Part shown: piece after piece, positions 47,567 to 59,194 of the stretch | Layout of the letters: every line of letters starts with the position of its first letter | How positions within the stretch are numbered: the stretch's first letter is position 1 | Origin: Rebecca billardiae RCC1528 | Lineage: Eukaryota > Protista > Haptophyta | Length of the DNA stretch: 64,000 nt | Reading direction: 5' to 3' | Assembly: GCA_965240325.2 (NCBI GenBank) | Contig: OZ251255.1 | Location: 1-64,000 of the forward strand | The notes under the pieces: model-generated | What the model was told of the DNA's origin: nothing | Seen by the model: the letters and a program-made list of their open reading frames with translations, nothing else | Database searches by the model: none | Position numbers and translations under genes: made by a program

Positions 47567-49003
47567 TCATCGCGGCCCACAGCGCAGGGGCGGCAGCTGC
47601 ACCACGCGCTGAGCCTGAAGCGTCGGCTGCACTCTGCCATCTTCGCCCACGCCCACGCCGAGCGCACCCGACCTGTGGCCACACGCGTGCACGCCGGCAT
47701 CCGCTGTAACGTAGAGGGCGTGCCGTTGGCCGAGCGAGCAGTCGAACACGCGCGCATGCGCGAGGCCCTCCACCCGCTCGGGCAGCGTGTAAATCATTCG
47801 GTGCCCCAGCCCCAGAAGGCCGTAGTAGTTGTTCCCAAACGCGTGCGCGCTGCCGTCCGCGCACACCACCGCGCTGGCGCGAAAGCCCGCGCGGGCGCGC
47901 ACGGCACGCATGCCGCACAGTGCTTCGATGCGCGTGGGCACCAACCGACGCGCCTCGTCGCCGTGGCCGAGCACGCCACATACACCGTCTCCGAAGGAGT
48001 GCACGCCGCCCGCCGCGTCCACCACCAGGCTGTGACCACTGGCCGCGCTCACGTGCACGGCGCGCGCGCCTGAGAGCGCCTCGATGCGCCTGGGCGTGTG
48101 CTGCTCCTGCTGGTCGCCGTGGCCGAGCACGCCGTGGTCGCCCTTGCCGCACGAGTAGACCTCGTCACCGATCAAGAGCAGCAGCGTGTGCTTGCTGCCC
48201 GCGGCCACGCCGCCCACGCGCACGCCGTCCAGCGCCTCGATGCGCGTCGGCTCCCACCGGTGCTCCGTGTCGCCGTGGCCGAGCTGGCCGTGGTAGTTGT
48301 AGCCCCAGCTGAACGCCGCGCCCGCGGCCGTGAGCGCAAGGCCGTGACACCAGCCAGCGCCAATGCCGACGACGAGCTCCGCACCCAGCGCAGCCACCTG
48401 CACGAACGCCCGTCGCTCAGCCCTGTCGCCCACGCCCAGCTGGCCGTAGCCGTTGCTGCCGCACGCGTACACGGCGCCCGCCTCGCTCAGCGCGAGCAGG
48501 TGCCTACTGCCGGCAGCCACTGCACGCACACGCACCGCCGCCAGCGAGCCCACACGTGTCGGCACGAGCACGGGCGTCTCCCTTCTGAGCTCGGGATGGC
48601 CCAGCGGTGCGCCGCACGTGTGCACGCCGCCGTCCACGTCCACAAACGCGCTGAAATACTCCCTCCACCAAGCGTCTCCGGCAGCAGTCACGACGTGCGC
48701 GTGCGCGTGCGCGAGCTCGAGAATACGCTCGCGCGCGAGCAGCTCCTCCGGCCACGTGCACACGCCAACGGGCAGACTCGCCGGCAGCGCGGCCTCGTGC
48801 CCGCGCGCGCGCGCGCGCTCGCGCAGCGCGTGCTCGAGCGGCGCGCCGCGGAAGAGGCGCGCCGCGGCGTTGGCAGCGGCGAGGTCGCGCACGTGATCAA
48901 GATGGCCGAGAATGCGCGCGACCAGCTCGGGCGGCAGGTCGGTCAGCCGCACGGCCGCCGCTGCCGAGCGCGCCTTGGGGCGCGCGCGCGTCGTCGGTGC
49001 CAT
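47567..49003 (-). CDS. F-box + RCC1-repeat protein, paralogue B, intronless
   Basis: LTDLPPELVARILGHL is F-box-like; repeated VAAGSRHLLAL...GQLG and WGYNYHGQLGHGD are RCC1 motifs. Confidence 0.9.
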   Translation of the reverse strand: MAPTTRARPKARSAAAAVRLTDLPPELVARILGHLDHVRDLAAANAAARLFRGAPLEHALRERARARGHEAALPASLPVGVCTWPEELLARERILELAHAHAHVVTAAGDAWWREYFSAFVDVDGGVHTCGAPLGHPELRRETPVLVPTRVGSLAAVRVRAVAAGSRHLLALSEAGAVYACGSNGYGQLGVGDRAERRAFVQVAALGAELVVGIGAGWCHGLALTAAGAAFSWGYNYHGQLGHGDTEHRWEPTRIEALDGVRVGGVAAGSKHTLLLLIGDEVYSCGKGDHGVLGHGDQQEQHTPRRIEALSGARAVHVSAASGHSLVVDAAGGVHSFGDGVCGVLGHGDEARRLVPTRIEALCGMRAVRARAGFRASAVVCADGSAHAFGNNYYGLLGLGHRMIYTLPERVEGLAHARVFDCSLGQRHALYVTADAGVHACGHRSGALGVGVGEDGRVQPTLQAQRVVQLPPLRCGPR

Positions 49004-49284
49004 CGAGGGTGGTCGCGCCAGCGCTGTCGATCGGCGGACGGCGGTTGGCCAAAGGGTTTTTTAGTGCACTTCAGATTTTCGCACTCAATTCTTTTTCGCA
49101 TGACGATGACGACGGGCGCTTCGATCAAATCCACTGATTGATGTCTGACTCTGATCGACAGCCGACTCCGCGTCGACGTCGCGTTGTGTGTGCTTGCGCA
49201 ACGCTGGCACGAGCCGACAGCCGTGTGCGGAGCCCACGCGCGCAGCTCACGAGGCGCAACGCCCCCGATCTGCCCGAACGATGC

Positions 49285-50715
49285 TCAGCGCGGCCCACAG
49301 CGCAGGGGCGGCAGCTGCACCACGCGCTGAAGCGTCGGCTGCACTCCGCCATCTTCGCCCACGCCCACGCCGAGCGCGCCCGACCGTTTGCCGCACGCGT
49401 GCACGCCGGCATCCGCTGTAACGTAGAGGGCGTGGCGTTGGCCGAGCGAGCAGTCGAGCACGCGCGCATGCGCGAGGCCCTCCACCCGCTCGGGCAGCGT
49501 GTAAATCATTTGTTGCCCCAGCCCCAGAAGGTCGTAGTAGTTGTTCCCAAACGCGTGCACGCTGCCGTCCGCGCACACCACCGCGCTGCTCAGACAGCCC
49601 GCGCGGGCGCGCACGGCACGCATGCCACCCAGTGCTTCGATGCACGTGGGCATCAGCCGACGCTCCTTGTCGCCGTGGCCGAGCACGCCACATAAACCGT
49701 CTCCGAAGGAGTGCACGCCGCCCGCTGCGTCCACCACCAGGCTGTGCGTGTGACCCGCGCTCACGTGCACGGCGCGCGCGCCTGAGAGCGCAGCGATGCG
49801 CCGCGGCGTGCGCTGCTGCTGCTCGTCACCGTGCCCAAGGCGGCCGGCATCGGCCGCCCCACAAGAGTACACGGCACCACATGCCGAGAGCAACAGCGTG
49901 TGCCAGCTGCCCGCAGCCACGCCGCCCACGCGCATGCCGTCCAGCGCCTCGATGCGCGTCGGCTGCAGCCGCTGCTCCGTGTCGCCGTGGCCGAGCTGGC
50001 CGGAGTAGTTGTCGCCCCAGCTGAACGCCGCGCCCGCGGCCGTGAGCGCAAGGCCGTGAAACCAGCCAGAGCCAATGCCGACGACGAGCTCCGCACCCAG
50101 CGCAGCCACCTGCACGAACGCCCGTCGCTCAGCCCTGTCGCCCACGCCCAGCTGGCCGTAGCCGTTGTGGCCGCACGCGTACACGGCGCCCGCCTCGCTC
50201 AGCGCGAGCAGGTGCCTACTGCCGGCAGCCACTGCACTCACACGCACAGCCGCCAACGAGCCCACACGTGTCGGCACGAGCACGGCCGTCTCCCTGTTGA
50301 GCTCGGGATGGCCCAGCGGTGCGCCGCACGTGTGCACGCCGCCGGCCACGTCGACAAACGCGCTACAAGAGACGTTCTGCAAAGAGTCTCCGGCAGCAGT
50401 CGCGACGCGCGCGTGCGCGTGCGCGAGCTCGAGAATACGCTCGCGCGCGAGCAGCTCTTGCGGCCACGTGCACACACCAACGGGCAGGCTCGGTGGCAGC
50501 GCGGCCTCGTGCCCGCGCGCGCGCGCGCGCTCGCGCAGCGCGTGCTCGAGCGGCGCGCCGCGGAAGACGCGCGCGGCGGCGTTGGCGGCGGCGAGGTCGC
50601 GCACGTGATCGAGATGGCCGAGAATGCGCGCGACCAGCTCGGGCGGCAGGTCGGTCAGCCGCACGGTCGCCGCTGCCGAGCGCGCCTCGGGGGGCGCGCG
50701 CGTCGTCGGTGCCAT
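49285..50715 (-). CDS. F-box + RCC1-repeat protein, paralogue C, intronless
   Basis: Near-identical to paralogue B; start MAPTTRAPPEARS. Confidence 0.9.
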   Translation of the reverse strand: MAPTTRAPPEARSAAATVRLTDLPPELVARILGHLDHVRDLAAANAAARVFRGAPLEHALRERARARGHEAALPPSLPVGVCTWPQELLARERILELAHAHARVATAAGDSLQNVSCSAFVDVAGGVHTCGAPLGHPELNRETAVLVPTRVGSLAAVRVSAVAAGSRHLLALSEAGAVYACGHNGYGQLGVGDRAERRAFVQVAALGAELVVGIGSGWFHGLALTAAGAAFSWGDNYSGQLGHGDTEQRLQPTRIEALDGMRVGGVAAGSWHTLLLSACGAVYSCGAADAGRLGHGDEQQQRTPRRIAALSGARAVHVSAGHTHSLVVDAAGGVHSFGDGLCGVLGHGDKERRLMPTCIEALGGMRAVRARAGCLSSAVVCADGSVHAFGNNYYDLLGLGQQMIYTLPERVEGLAHARVLDCSLGQRHALYVTADAGVHACGKRSGALGVGVGEDGGVQPTLQRVVQLPPLRCGPR

Positions 50716-50807
50716 CGAGGGTGGTCGCGCAACGGCGCGCCGACCGACGGCGGTTGGACGGCTTTTTTGTATTTGCAGCGTGCTGATTTTCGCACTCAAT
50801 CCTTTTC

Positions 50808-50955
50808 CAGCCGACTCCGCGTCGACGTCGTGTTGTGCATGCTTGCGCAACGCTGGCTCGAGCCGACGGCGGTGCGCGGAGCCCACGCGCGCAGCTCACG
50901 AGGCGCACCGCCTCAGATCTGCCCGAATCATGCTCAGCGCGGCCCACGGCGCAGG
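50808..50955 (-). repeat. Remnant 3' end and trailer of a further F-box-RCC1 unit
   Basis: Matches 47441-47590 and 49159-49305 (CAGCCGACTCCGCGTCGACGTCG...GCGGCCCAC). Confidence 0.8.
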
Positions 50956-51609
50956 TCGGTGGGGTACGCCGGCTCATGCGACGCCGCGGACGGGCGCGGC
51001 GTGGCCGGAGCGCGCCCGAAGCGTCCACCGTGAAGGTCGCCGCCAGCGGTGGCGCCCGGACGAGGCGGCTGTGCCAGCCGTGCCCCGCCGCATTGGCTCG
51101 CGACGGCGCGCGGCTCCTGCCCTCACGGCTCCTGCTGACTGACCCCACCGCCGCGCCGCCCGCCGGATCGCAGAGCCTGTGCGACGCCGTCCGCGGCCGT
51201 GCCAGCCTCCTGCGACAGTGCAGGCCCGCGCTGAGCAGGGAGCATTCGTCGGCGGATGTGTCTGAGAGCCCAGCCCGTGCACCACGCGCGCCGTGTGCGC
51301 CCACCGCCACGGTCGTGCGCCAGCGAGCTTTGGGGCATCATCATCGCGAGTATTTTTTTTTCAATAGTCGTTGCACGGCAAGCGCCGCCATAAACGCTGC
51401 TTCTCCGGCGAAGTACCCGGCTCGAATAGCTCCCGGCCCGCACGCCAATTAAAGTGCCGGTAGAAGCGGGCCATCCCGAGTCCGGATCACGCCGCCGCCG
51501 CCCATCGCGCCGCGAGCTCGCCCTCCAAGCTAGCAAAAGCGGTCGCTCGCCGGGAGCGCCTTGCCCGCGTCGGCGTGCGCGGCGACGACCCAGGGCGCGG
51601 TCGGCCGCG

Positions 51610-52995
51610 ATGGCGACGCCGATGGCGTGCAACGCGGTGACCTGCGCCGGCCTCTGCTGCGCGGGCTTCACCCTCCTCGCCGCCACCGCCGTCCTCGGCT
51701 TCGCGCTGCCGCCGCAGCTGCAGCCGCAGCGCGACCAGTTCACGGCGCTCTTCCGCGACTACGGCGGCGGCGGCGAGGGGGGCGGCGACGGCGCGCGCGC
51801 GTCGTCGAGCAGCTGGGGCGCACCGTCGGAGCTCTTCTCCAAGATGCACAAGACGTGGAAGGAGATGCCCGACGTGCCCATCGGCATCGACCCCGAGCTG
51901 CCGCCGTCGATCGAGGACAAGCTCGACGCCGTCGAGCCGCAGGGCGGGCCCGAGTCGTGGGGGATCGACCGGATCGACCAGCGCGCCACGCCGCTGGACC
52001 ACGCGTACACGCCCAAGTACCTGGGCGACGGCATCCACGTCTTCGTCCTCGACACGGGCGTGTACGACGACCACGTCGAGTTTGGGACTCGGATCGGGCT
52101 GGGCGCCAACTGCGTCGACGTGGGCGCGGGCAAGGACTGCGACCCGGCGCTGCCCACGGACGACAAGAACGGGCACGGCACGCACGTGGCGTGCACCGCC
52201 GCCTCCGGCCCGTACGGCGTCGCGCCGCACGCCGTCGTCCACCCCGTCAAGGTGCTCGGCGACGACGGCGCGGGCGGCGTGGGCGGCGTGATCAAGGGGA
52301 TGGAGTGGGTGGGGCGGCTGGTGAAGGGACAGCGGTGGGAGGGCAAGGCGGTGGCGGTGATGTCGCTGGGCACGCCGCTCTCGCGCGCGCTGAACGAGAA
52401 CGCCGACGCGCTCGTCCACGCCGGCGTCCCCGTCGTCGTCGCCGCGGGCAACCAGGGCGCGGACGCGTGCGAGTACTCGCCCGCGTCCGCAGACGCGGTC
52501 ATCTCTGTGGGCGCGACCAACGCCAAGGACCGCCTGCCGTCCTTCACGAACTGGGGGCCGTGCGTGGACATCCTCGCGCCGGGCTCGTCGATCAACTCGT
52601 GCTCGATCAAGCACGACTCGGGCGACACGCGCAAGTCGGGCACCTCGATGGCCGCGCCGCACGTGGCCGGCGTGGTCGCGCAGCTGCTGCAGCAGGCGAT
52701 GGCGGAGGAGGGGCGGCGGCTCGACCCGGCGGCGGTGCGCGAGCGGCTGCTGGCCATCGCGGCGAAGAACGAGGTGGTGATCAAGGACGGGCAGAAGAAG
52801 TCGACGGTGACCGCGCTGCTGCAGATCCCCGCGCTCTCCGGCGCGCAGACCGCCAAGCCGCTCGCCACCACCTCGCAGCTCTGGCTCGTCGCGATCGGCG
52901 CGCTCGGCATGTGCGTGTGCGCGTGCGCGTGCGCGCTCAAGGCGTGGCTCGACCGCGACAAGGACGAGGGCGAGGAGAAGCTCGAGCTCGCCTGA
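51610..52995 (+). CDS. Subtilisin S8A (proteinase K-like) serine protease with N-terminal signal/anchor and C-terminal TM helix, intronless
   Basis: SWGIDRIDQR, VLDTG, GHGTH, VVAAGN, GTSMAAPHVAG; catalytic triad intact. Confidence 0.95.
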   Translation: MATPMACNAVTCAGLCCAGFTLLAATAVLGFALPPQLQPQRDQFTALFRDYGGGGEGGGDGARASSSSWGAPSELFSKMHKTWKEMPDVPIGIDPELPPSIEDKLDAVEPQGGPESWGIDRIDQRATPLDHAYTPKYLGDGIHVFVLDTGVYDDHVEFGTRIGLGANCVDVGAGKDCDPALPTDDKNGHGTHVACTAASGPYGVAPHAVVHPVKVLGDDGAGGVGGVIKGMEWVGRLVKGQRWEGKAVAVMSLGTPLSRALNENADALVHAGVPVVVAAGNQGADACEYSPASADAVISVGATNAKDRLPSFTNWGPCVDILAPGSSINSCSIKHDSGDTRKSGTSMAAPHVAGVVAQLLQQAMAEEGRRLDPAAVRERLLAIAAKNEVVIKDGQKKSTVTALLQIPALSGAQTAKPLATTSQLWLVAIGALGMCVCACACALKAWLDRDKDEGEEKLELA

Positions 52996-53336
52996 GCCGG
53001 CGGCCCTGCGCCGGGCCGGGCCGGCGGGCGCGCGGGGGCGGGGAGGGCGTGGCCGGCGCGCCGGCGCGCGCCGCGGCGGTTGACTGACCGGCCATCACTA
53101 CGTTGATTAGACTTACCGCCAGCGGCTAGATAGAGACGAGAGGCCGCGCCCGCCCGGACCTGCTCGCCGGTCCGGGCGCGCGCGTGCTCGCCCGTCGCGT
53201 GCGCGCGCCGCTGCCCGCCACAAGCTCGATCGGTCGTCGGTGGGCGCTGCCAGCAAGCTCAACCGCCCCGCACGCGACTCCGCCACCCCCCGCCGCGCGC
53301 GCGCGCACGCACACACCACACAACCGCCCGGCCGAG

Positions 53337-55066
53337 ATGGACGCGAAGCTGGACAAGCCGCTCGAGGAGCTCATCAAGCAGAGCAAGGGCGCGAAGAAGG
53401 CCGCGGTGCAGGGCGACGGCGGCGGCGGCGGCGGGCCGGGCAAGAGCGGGCGGCGCGGCAAGGCCAAGGCGGCGAGCTCGCGCGCGGCGCCGTACCAGAC
53501 GGGCGGGCGGCGCGTGGTCTCGGCGGGCGGCACGATCCGCCAGCCATCGCCGCACCTCGCCATCGGCGGCGGCGCCGGCGGCCGCCCCACCGAGCTCACC
53601 ACCGCCAAGAACCGCGGCGGGCGCGGCGCCGGCGCGGCCGTGGGCGGCGTCGCCCCCGGCGGCACCAAGCTGTTCATCGCGAACCTCGACTTTGGCGTGA
53701 CGACGCAGGGTGCGCGCGCGGCCGTGCGGGGAGGCGAGGGAGAGCGGCGTGATCGCGCGCGCGGGCGGCGCCGCCTCCACGCCGCGCGGCCGTGCGCGCG
53801 GCCGAGGCGGAGGCGGAGGCGGAGGCGGAGGCGGAGGCGGAGGCGGAGGCGGAGGCGGAGGCGGAGGCGGAGGCGGAGGCGCGCCCGCGGCCGCGCGCGC
53901 GCGCGCGCCGCCGAGCGCCGCGCACGCCGGCCGCCTCGGCCCTTCCGCCCGGCCCGACGCGCCGTGCCCTCCCACCCGCCCCCACGCGCGCCCCGTCCGC
54001 GCCTGTGCCCGCGCGTGCGCGCAGACATCCACGACCTTTTCTCGGAGGTGGGCCCGCTGCGCGCCGCGCTGGTGCACTACGGGGAGGACGGCAAGTCGCT
54101 GGGCACCGCCTACGTGGTGCGCGCAGCGGGCGAGGGGGCGCTGCGCCGCGTGTGCGCGGTGTGGCTGCGGCGGTGGCGGCCGCCACGCACAGCTGGCTGT
54201 GCGCACGCGCGCGCCGCTCACGCGCCGCCCGCCCGCCCGCCCGCCGCGCGCGCGCCGTGTGTGCGCGCGCGCCTCTGCGCGCGCCTCTGCGCTTCGCCTT
54301 GGGCGCCGCCTTGGGTGCCGCAGGTGTTCCAGCGGAAGGAGGACGCGGCGGCTGCCGTCGATAAGTACCACAGCGTGCCGCTGGACGGGCGCCCCCTCAA
54401 CGTGCAGATGGTGCGCGCAGCCGCGGCGGCAGCGCAGCCGCACCGCAGCAGCGGCGGCAGCGGCAGCGGAGCGCGCGCCCAGCCACAGACCGGCGGCAGC
54501 GCCGCCCTCAGCCTCACCCTCAGCCTCACTCTCACTCTCACGCACGCCGCCCCGGCCGCGCGTGCGTGCGCTTGCCGCGCAGGTGGCCAAGGTGGCGCCG
54601 GCGATGGGCGGGATGGCCCCGCCCGGCGGCGGCGGCGGCGGCAGGCGAGGCGGCGGCGGCGGCGGCGGCGGCGGCGGCAGCGGTGTGCCGCCGCGCACTG
54701 TCGTCACGCTGGGTGGCGGCGCGCCGCGCGGTGGCCGCGGCGGCGGCGAGGACCGCGGGCGCGGGCGTGGCGGCGGGCGCAAGGGTGGCCGGGGCAAGGG
54801 CGGTGGCAAGGTGCTGCGCCGCGCGCGCGCCGCCCGCCCGCCTGCCGCGCGCGTCCGCCCCGCCCCTGCCACCCGGCGGCGCTCAGCAGACCGACGCCCA
54901 CGCCCACGCCCACGCCCCTCCCTCCCTCCCTGCCTCCCTCCCTGCCGCCGCCGCCACGTGTGCCGTGCCGCCGCGTGTGCCGTGCCGCCAGTCTGACGAG
55001 CCGGTGTCGATGGAGGCGCTGGACGCCGACCTCGACAGCTACCGCCAGGGCATGGCCGCCGAGTGA
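53337..55066 (+). CDS. ALYREF: ALYREF/THOC4/Yra1 mRNA export adaptor; introns 53710-54024, 54117-54323, 54411-54582, 54811-54991
   Basis: N-terminal LDKPLEELIK, RRM (KLFIANLDFGVT..DIHDLFSEVG..HY...GKSLGTA), RGG tract, C-terminal EALDADLDSY. Confidence 0.93.
53804..53882. repeat. (GAGGCG)n microsatellite within ALYREF intron 1
   Basis: Read directly. Confidence 0.9.
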
Positions 55067-55811
55067 GCGCGGCGGGCGGCGCCAGTGCACGGCCGCGCCC
55101 GGCCACCGCCGCCGCCCCCCGCCCCCCGCCAGCCGGGGCCTGCCCCGGGAGGCGGGGGGGCGGCTGGCCGCAGGGCGGTGTGGCGGCGCGAGCGCGCGCG
55201 CGTGCCCTGCGCGCGGCTCGAGTCGGCCCAGCGGCCGTTGGCCTTGCACTCCGCCCTCCGCCGGCGCGCCGAGCTGCCGCTGCCCCCCTGCCCCCCTGCC
55301 CGTCTCTCCGCGCACACCGCCGGAGTGCACGCGCTGACGCGCGTGCTGCCCAGCCGGCGCCCGCGCGGCACAGCGGCACAGCCCTCACCGCCTGTGGCCT
55401 GTGGCCTGTGCCGCGCGCGGGTGCGGACGGCACGGCACCGGCGCGCGCGGCGCATCGTGATGGTCGCCAGTCGAAGCCGGCCAGCGGCCGCTCGATCGGC
55501 CATGCGACTGCCTCTGCCGCGCGTCTGATCGCGCGTGCCGTGTCCGTGAAGAAGCCGTGTGATGGCCCGCATCGCTCGCCCAGCCGAGTGGCGAGCGGCT
55601 GCTGCGGATCGGTGCGGACGATTGCTCGTTCGACGTCCGAGTCCGGGTCGGGCTCCGAGTCCGACGGCGACGCCTGTCGATCATCGAGTCACACTGTCGA
55701 CTGTCGCAGCTAGGCGCCGGCGGCGGGACCGACTCGGCCATGCTGGGCGCCGCTCCGATGGCACTGCTGTCTGCTCGGCTCGGCCTCGCCCTCGGGTCAC
55801 GTACAATCGTA

Positions 55812-55822
55812 CATAATTAATA

Positions 55823-55857
<35 letters not shown>

Positions 55858-55933
55858 TGTATTATAATAATACTCTATATATATATATTATTTCAATAAT
55901 CTATATCTATATGACGATATATATGATGTATAA
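55812..55933. repeat. AT-rich island with (TA)n between convergent genes
   Basis: Mostly A/T tract in a very GC-rich background. Confidence 0.9.
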
Positions 55934-56197
55934 CTGCTGCGCACGCGCAGCCGCGTATAGTAGTCGGCTGCTTCGTCATGCATGCGCGCAGCACTCAATA
56001 TATATAGTTTCAGATCATATGCGCGCGCGCACTATGTCGTCGCGCGTCGTCGCGCGCGATTCGCGGCGGTCATCATCTGATCATGATGCGCATGCATCCC
56101 GCCGGCCCGGGCCGCCCGCAGCGTGCGATCCGTGAATCCCCACGACACTAGGCGAGCGACGAGGCCGTAGGCGCATGCCGGGGGGCACGCAGCGTCG

Positions 56198-56211
56198 TCA
56201 TGCCGGCGCGC

Positions 56212-56249
<38 letters not shown>

Positions 56250-56599
56250 AGCTCGGACGGGGTCGCCGCTCCGCCCAGCGGCGCGGCCAAAGGCGGCGGT
56301 GGGGGCGGCGGCGGCGGCCGGCTTGGCTGCGCATCTGCCGAGCCGCTGCGCGCGACTTGTGGCGGCGGTGGGGGCGGCGGCGGCGGCGGCGGCGGCGGCG
56401 GCCGTGTTGCCACCGGCGGCGGCGGCGGCGGCGCCGCCGCCGCCCCCGCGCCATCCGCGGGTGAGCGCGATCGCTCGCGACTGTTGCCGCCGCCGCCAAC
56501 GCGCGGCGGCGGCGGCCCGTGCGGCCCAGCAGCGCTGCCGAGCAGGGCGCCGCCCACGACGCGGCGCGCGCCGACCGCCGTCTCGTGCAGCGGGGCGAG

Positions 56600-56630
<31 letters not shown>

Positions 56631-57809
56631 CGCGCCGCCGACTGCGGCGCGAGCTGCTGCTGCGGCGGCGGCGGCGGCGGCGGCGGCGGGCGCGCGCCCG
56701 CGCCGCCGCCCGCCGCTCTCGGCGGCGGCAGGGGCGGCGGCGGCGGCGGCCGCCGCGCGCCGCTCCGCGGCGAGTCGCGCGCGGGGCTGCTGCGCTCGCG
56801 CTCGCGCCTGGCGAGCTTGGACGGCGGCGAGCCGCGGTCGCGGCCGCGGTCGCGGTCGCGGTCGCGATCGCGGTCGCGGCTGCGGCTGCGGCTGCGGCTG
56901 CGGCCACGCCCGCCACGCCCAGGCCGCTGCGCGCCGCGCGAGTCCGACCGCGCGGCGCCGTCCGCGCGCGCCTCGGCGGCGCGCGGCTTGGCGCGGCCAG
57001 GGCTGCGGCTGCGGCTGCGGCTGCGGCTGCGGCGAGCGGCGCCGTCAGACGCGCCGCCGCGCTTGCGAGAGCCTCCGTTGTCGCTCTTGCTGCGGCCGCG
57101 GCCGCGGCTTCGGCTGCGGCTGCGGCTGCGGCTGCGGCTGCGGCGAGCGGCGCCGTCAGACGCGCCGCCGCGCTTGCGAGAGCCTCCGTTGTCGCTCTTG
57201 CTGCGGCCGCAGCCTCGCCCTCGGCCACGGCTGCGGCTGCGGCTGCGGCTGCGGCTGCGGCTGCGGCTGCGGCCGGCGCGCGCCGGCCGCGCGCGCTTCG
57301 CGTCGGAGCGGCTGCGCGAGCGGCTGCGGCTGCGCCCGCGGTGCGCCGAGCGCCCACGCCCGCCCTCCGGCGTGGGCGGCGCCGAGCCGCCGCCCCGGCT
57401 GCGCGTGCCGCCGCCGCGCGCCGACTCGGCCGCCTCCGCCACCCGCGGAGGAGGCGGCGGCGGCGGCGGCGGCGGCGGCTGCCTGGACGAGCCGCCGGCG
57501 GCGCCGCCGTTCGCACCGTGCGGCTCGGCGCGCGCCATGCCGCGCGCCGACCGGTCGGGCTCGCGCTCGCGCTCGCGCTCGCGCGAGCGCGGCCGCGGCT
57601 CACGGCCGCGCGCGGCCGTGGCCCGGGCGGCGCCGGTGGGCGCGGCCGCGTCGGCGTGTGCGGAGCGGCGTGCGCCCGGGGCGGCAGCGCCGTTGGGCGG
57701 GGCGCCGCGCGGGCCGGGGCGATCGCGCGGCGGCTGGCGCGGCACCGGCGGCTCCGGCTCGCCACGCCGGCGCTCGGGCGCGGCGCGCGCGTTGGCGCCG
57801 CCGCCGCGC

Positions 57810-57840
<31 letters not shown>

Positions 57841-58165
57841 CCGCGGCGCCCAAGCGCCCGGCCGTGTCCTCGCCGCGGGGCGGCGAGCGCTGCGGCGGCA
57901 GCGGCGGCGCCGCGGCGCCCAGGCGCCCGGCCGCGTCCTCGTCACGGGGCGGCGAGCGCCGCGGCGGCAGCGGCGGCGCCGCGGCGCCGAGCGCACGGGC
58001 GGCCGCTTCTGCTTGCCCCGCGCCCGGCGGCGGCTCAACGTGCCGGGGCGGCGGCGAGTCATAGCCCGAGCCGGCGTCCGAGCCGCCCTCCTGCAGGAGC
58101 GCGAGCGCGTCGTCGTCGCTGTCGCCCAGGATGTCGTCCTCGAGCAGCTCCGCGGCAGGCGGCAT
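56198..58165 (-). CDS. Low-complexity RS-dipeptide and proline-rich protein (SR-related), with internal repeats
   Basis: Acidic N-terminus MPPAAELLEDDILGDSDDD, repeated RSRSRS blocks, 3x LGAAAPPLPP, duplicated SKSDNGGSRKRGGASDGAARR; head-to-head with DNAL4. Confidence 0.6.
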
Positions 58166-58474
58166 CTCGAGCGCGCGCTTGCTGCGCTGCCAGTGCGGGC
58201 CACCCGTCGCGAAGCCGTGCGCGCGCTGTGCGCTGTGCTGTGAACCACGCGGTCGAGACCGCGCCGTGCACGCGCGGCCCGCCAAGGTATGCGGGTAAGA
58301 GAGAGCGCGGGCGGTTATTAGGCGACGCCATCGTGGACCGGTGGCGCAGCAAGGCGGTTATCGGCTGGCTTCTGCTGGACTGCAAGCAGGGTGGCTGCCG
58401 CTGGTGTGCACGCGAGCAGCGCTTGCACTGACGGAGGGGGCCGGCTCGCCTAGCGCGCGGCCGCGCTCGCAGCC

Positions 58475-59194
58475 ATGGCGGCCGAGGGAGAAAAGGTGGT
58501 GACGGAGGAGGAGAAGCCCTCCGAGCTCACGATGGACACGGAGGTGCTGCGCAAGACGTGCAACTATGCGCTGATCAAGGTGACGGAGGCGCGCGCGCAC
58601 ATGCACCGCACCGCGCGCACGTGCTGCCTGGGCAGGGCCGCGGTGGTCTTGGCGCGGCACGCCGCCCGCGCTCTCTCACACGCGCCCCTCGCCCCGCCCC
58701 GTGCGCCTCGTCAGAACTGCGACATGAACGAGGAGATGCGGCAGGACTGCATCGAGCTCGTGATCACGGCGATCGAGAAGTACCAGGCCAACTACGAGGT
58801 GCGCAGCCCCGCCAGCACGCGCGCGCAAGGGGCGGGCACGCGCGCGCTCACCCCTCGCGCTGCCGCGCCCCCCTCTTCCCCTCCAGTCCGCGTGCCGGCT
58901 GGTGAAGGAGACGATGGACAAGAAGTACGGCGAGTACTGGTGCGTCATCATCGGCGGCGGGTTTGGCTTCGAGGTCACGCACGAGGTGCGCGCGCAGGCG
59001 GCGCGTGCGCGGGGCGGGCGCGCCGCGGCCCGGCCGCTCAGCCGCGCGCACGCCCGTCCGCGCGCACGCTCACTCCGCCACGGCGCCACACGCGCACGCC
59101 CACCGCGCAGGTGAAGCACGTGATCTGGCTCTTCTTTGGCGGCTCGCTCGCCGTGCTCGTCTTCAAGGCGGGCGCGCGGCAGACGGGCGTGTGA
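58475..59194 (+). CDS. DNAL4: Axonemal dynein light chain 4 (LC10); introns 58580-58714, 58799-58886, 58986-59110
   Basis: Spliced: DMNEEMRQDCIELVITAIEKYQANYESACRLVKETMDKKYGEYWCVIIGGGFGFEVTHEVKHVIWLFFGG. Confidence 0.93.
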   Translation: MAAEGEKVVTEEEKPSELTMDTEVLRKTCNYALIKVTEARAHMHRTARTCCLGRAAVVLARHAARALSHAPLAPPRAPRQNCDMNEEMRQDCIELVITAIEKYQANYEVRSPASTRAQGAGTRALTPRAAAPPSSPPVRVPAGEGDDGQEVRRVLVRHHRRRVWLRGHARGARAGGACAGRARRGPAAQPRARPSARTLTPPRRHTRTPTAQVKHVIWLFFGGSLAVLVFKAGARQTGV

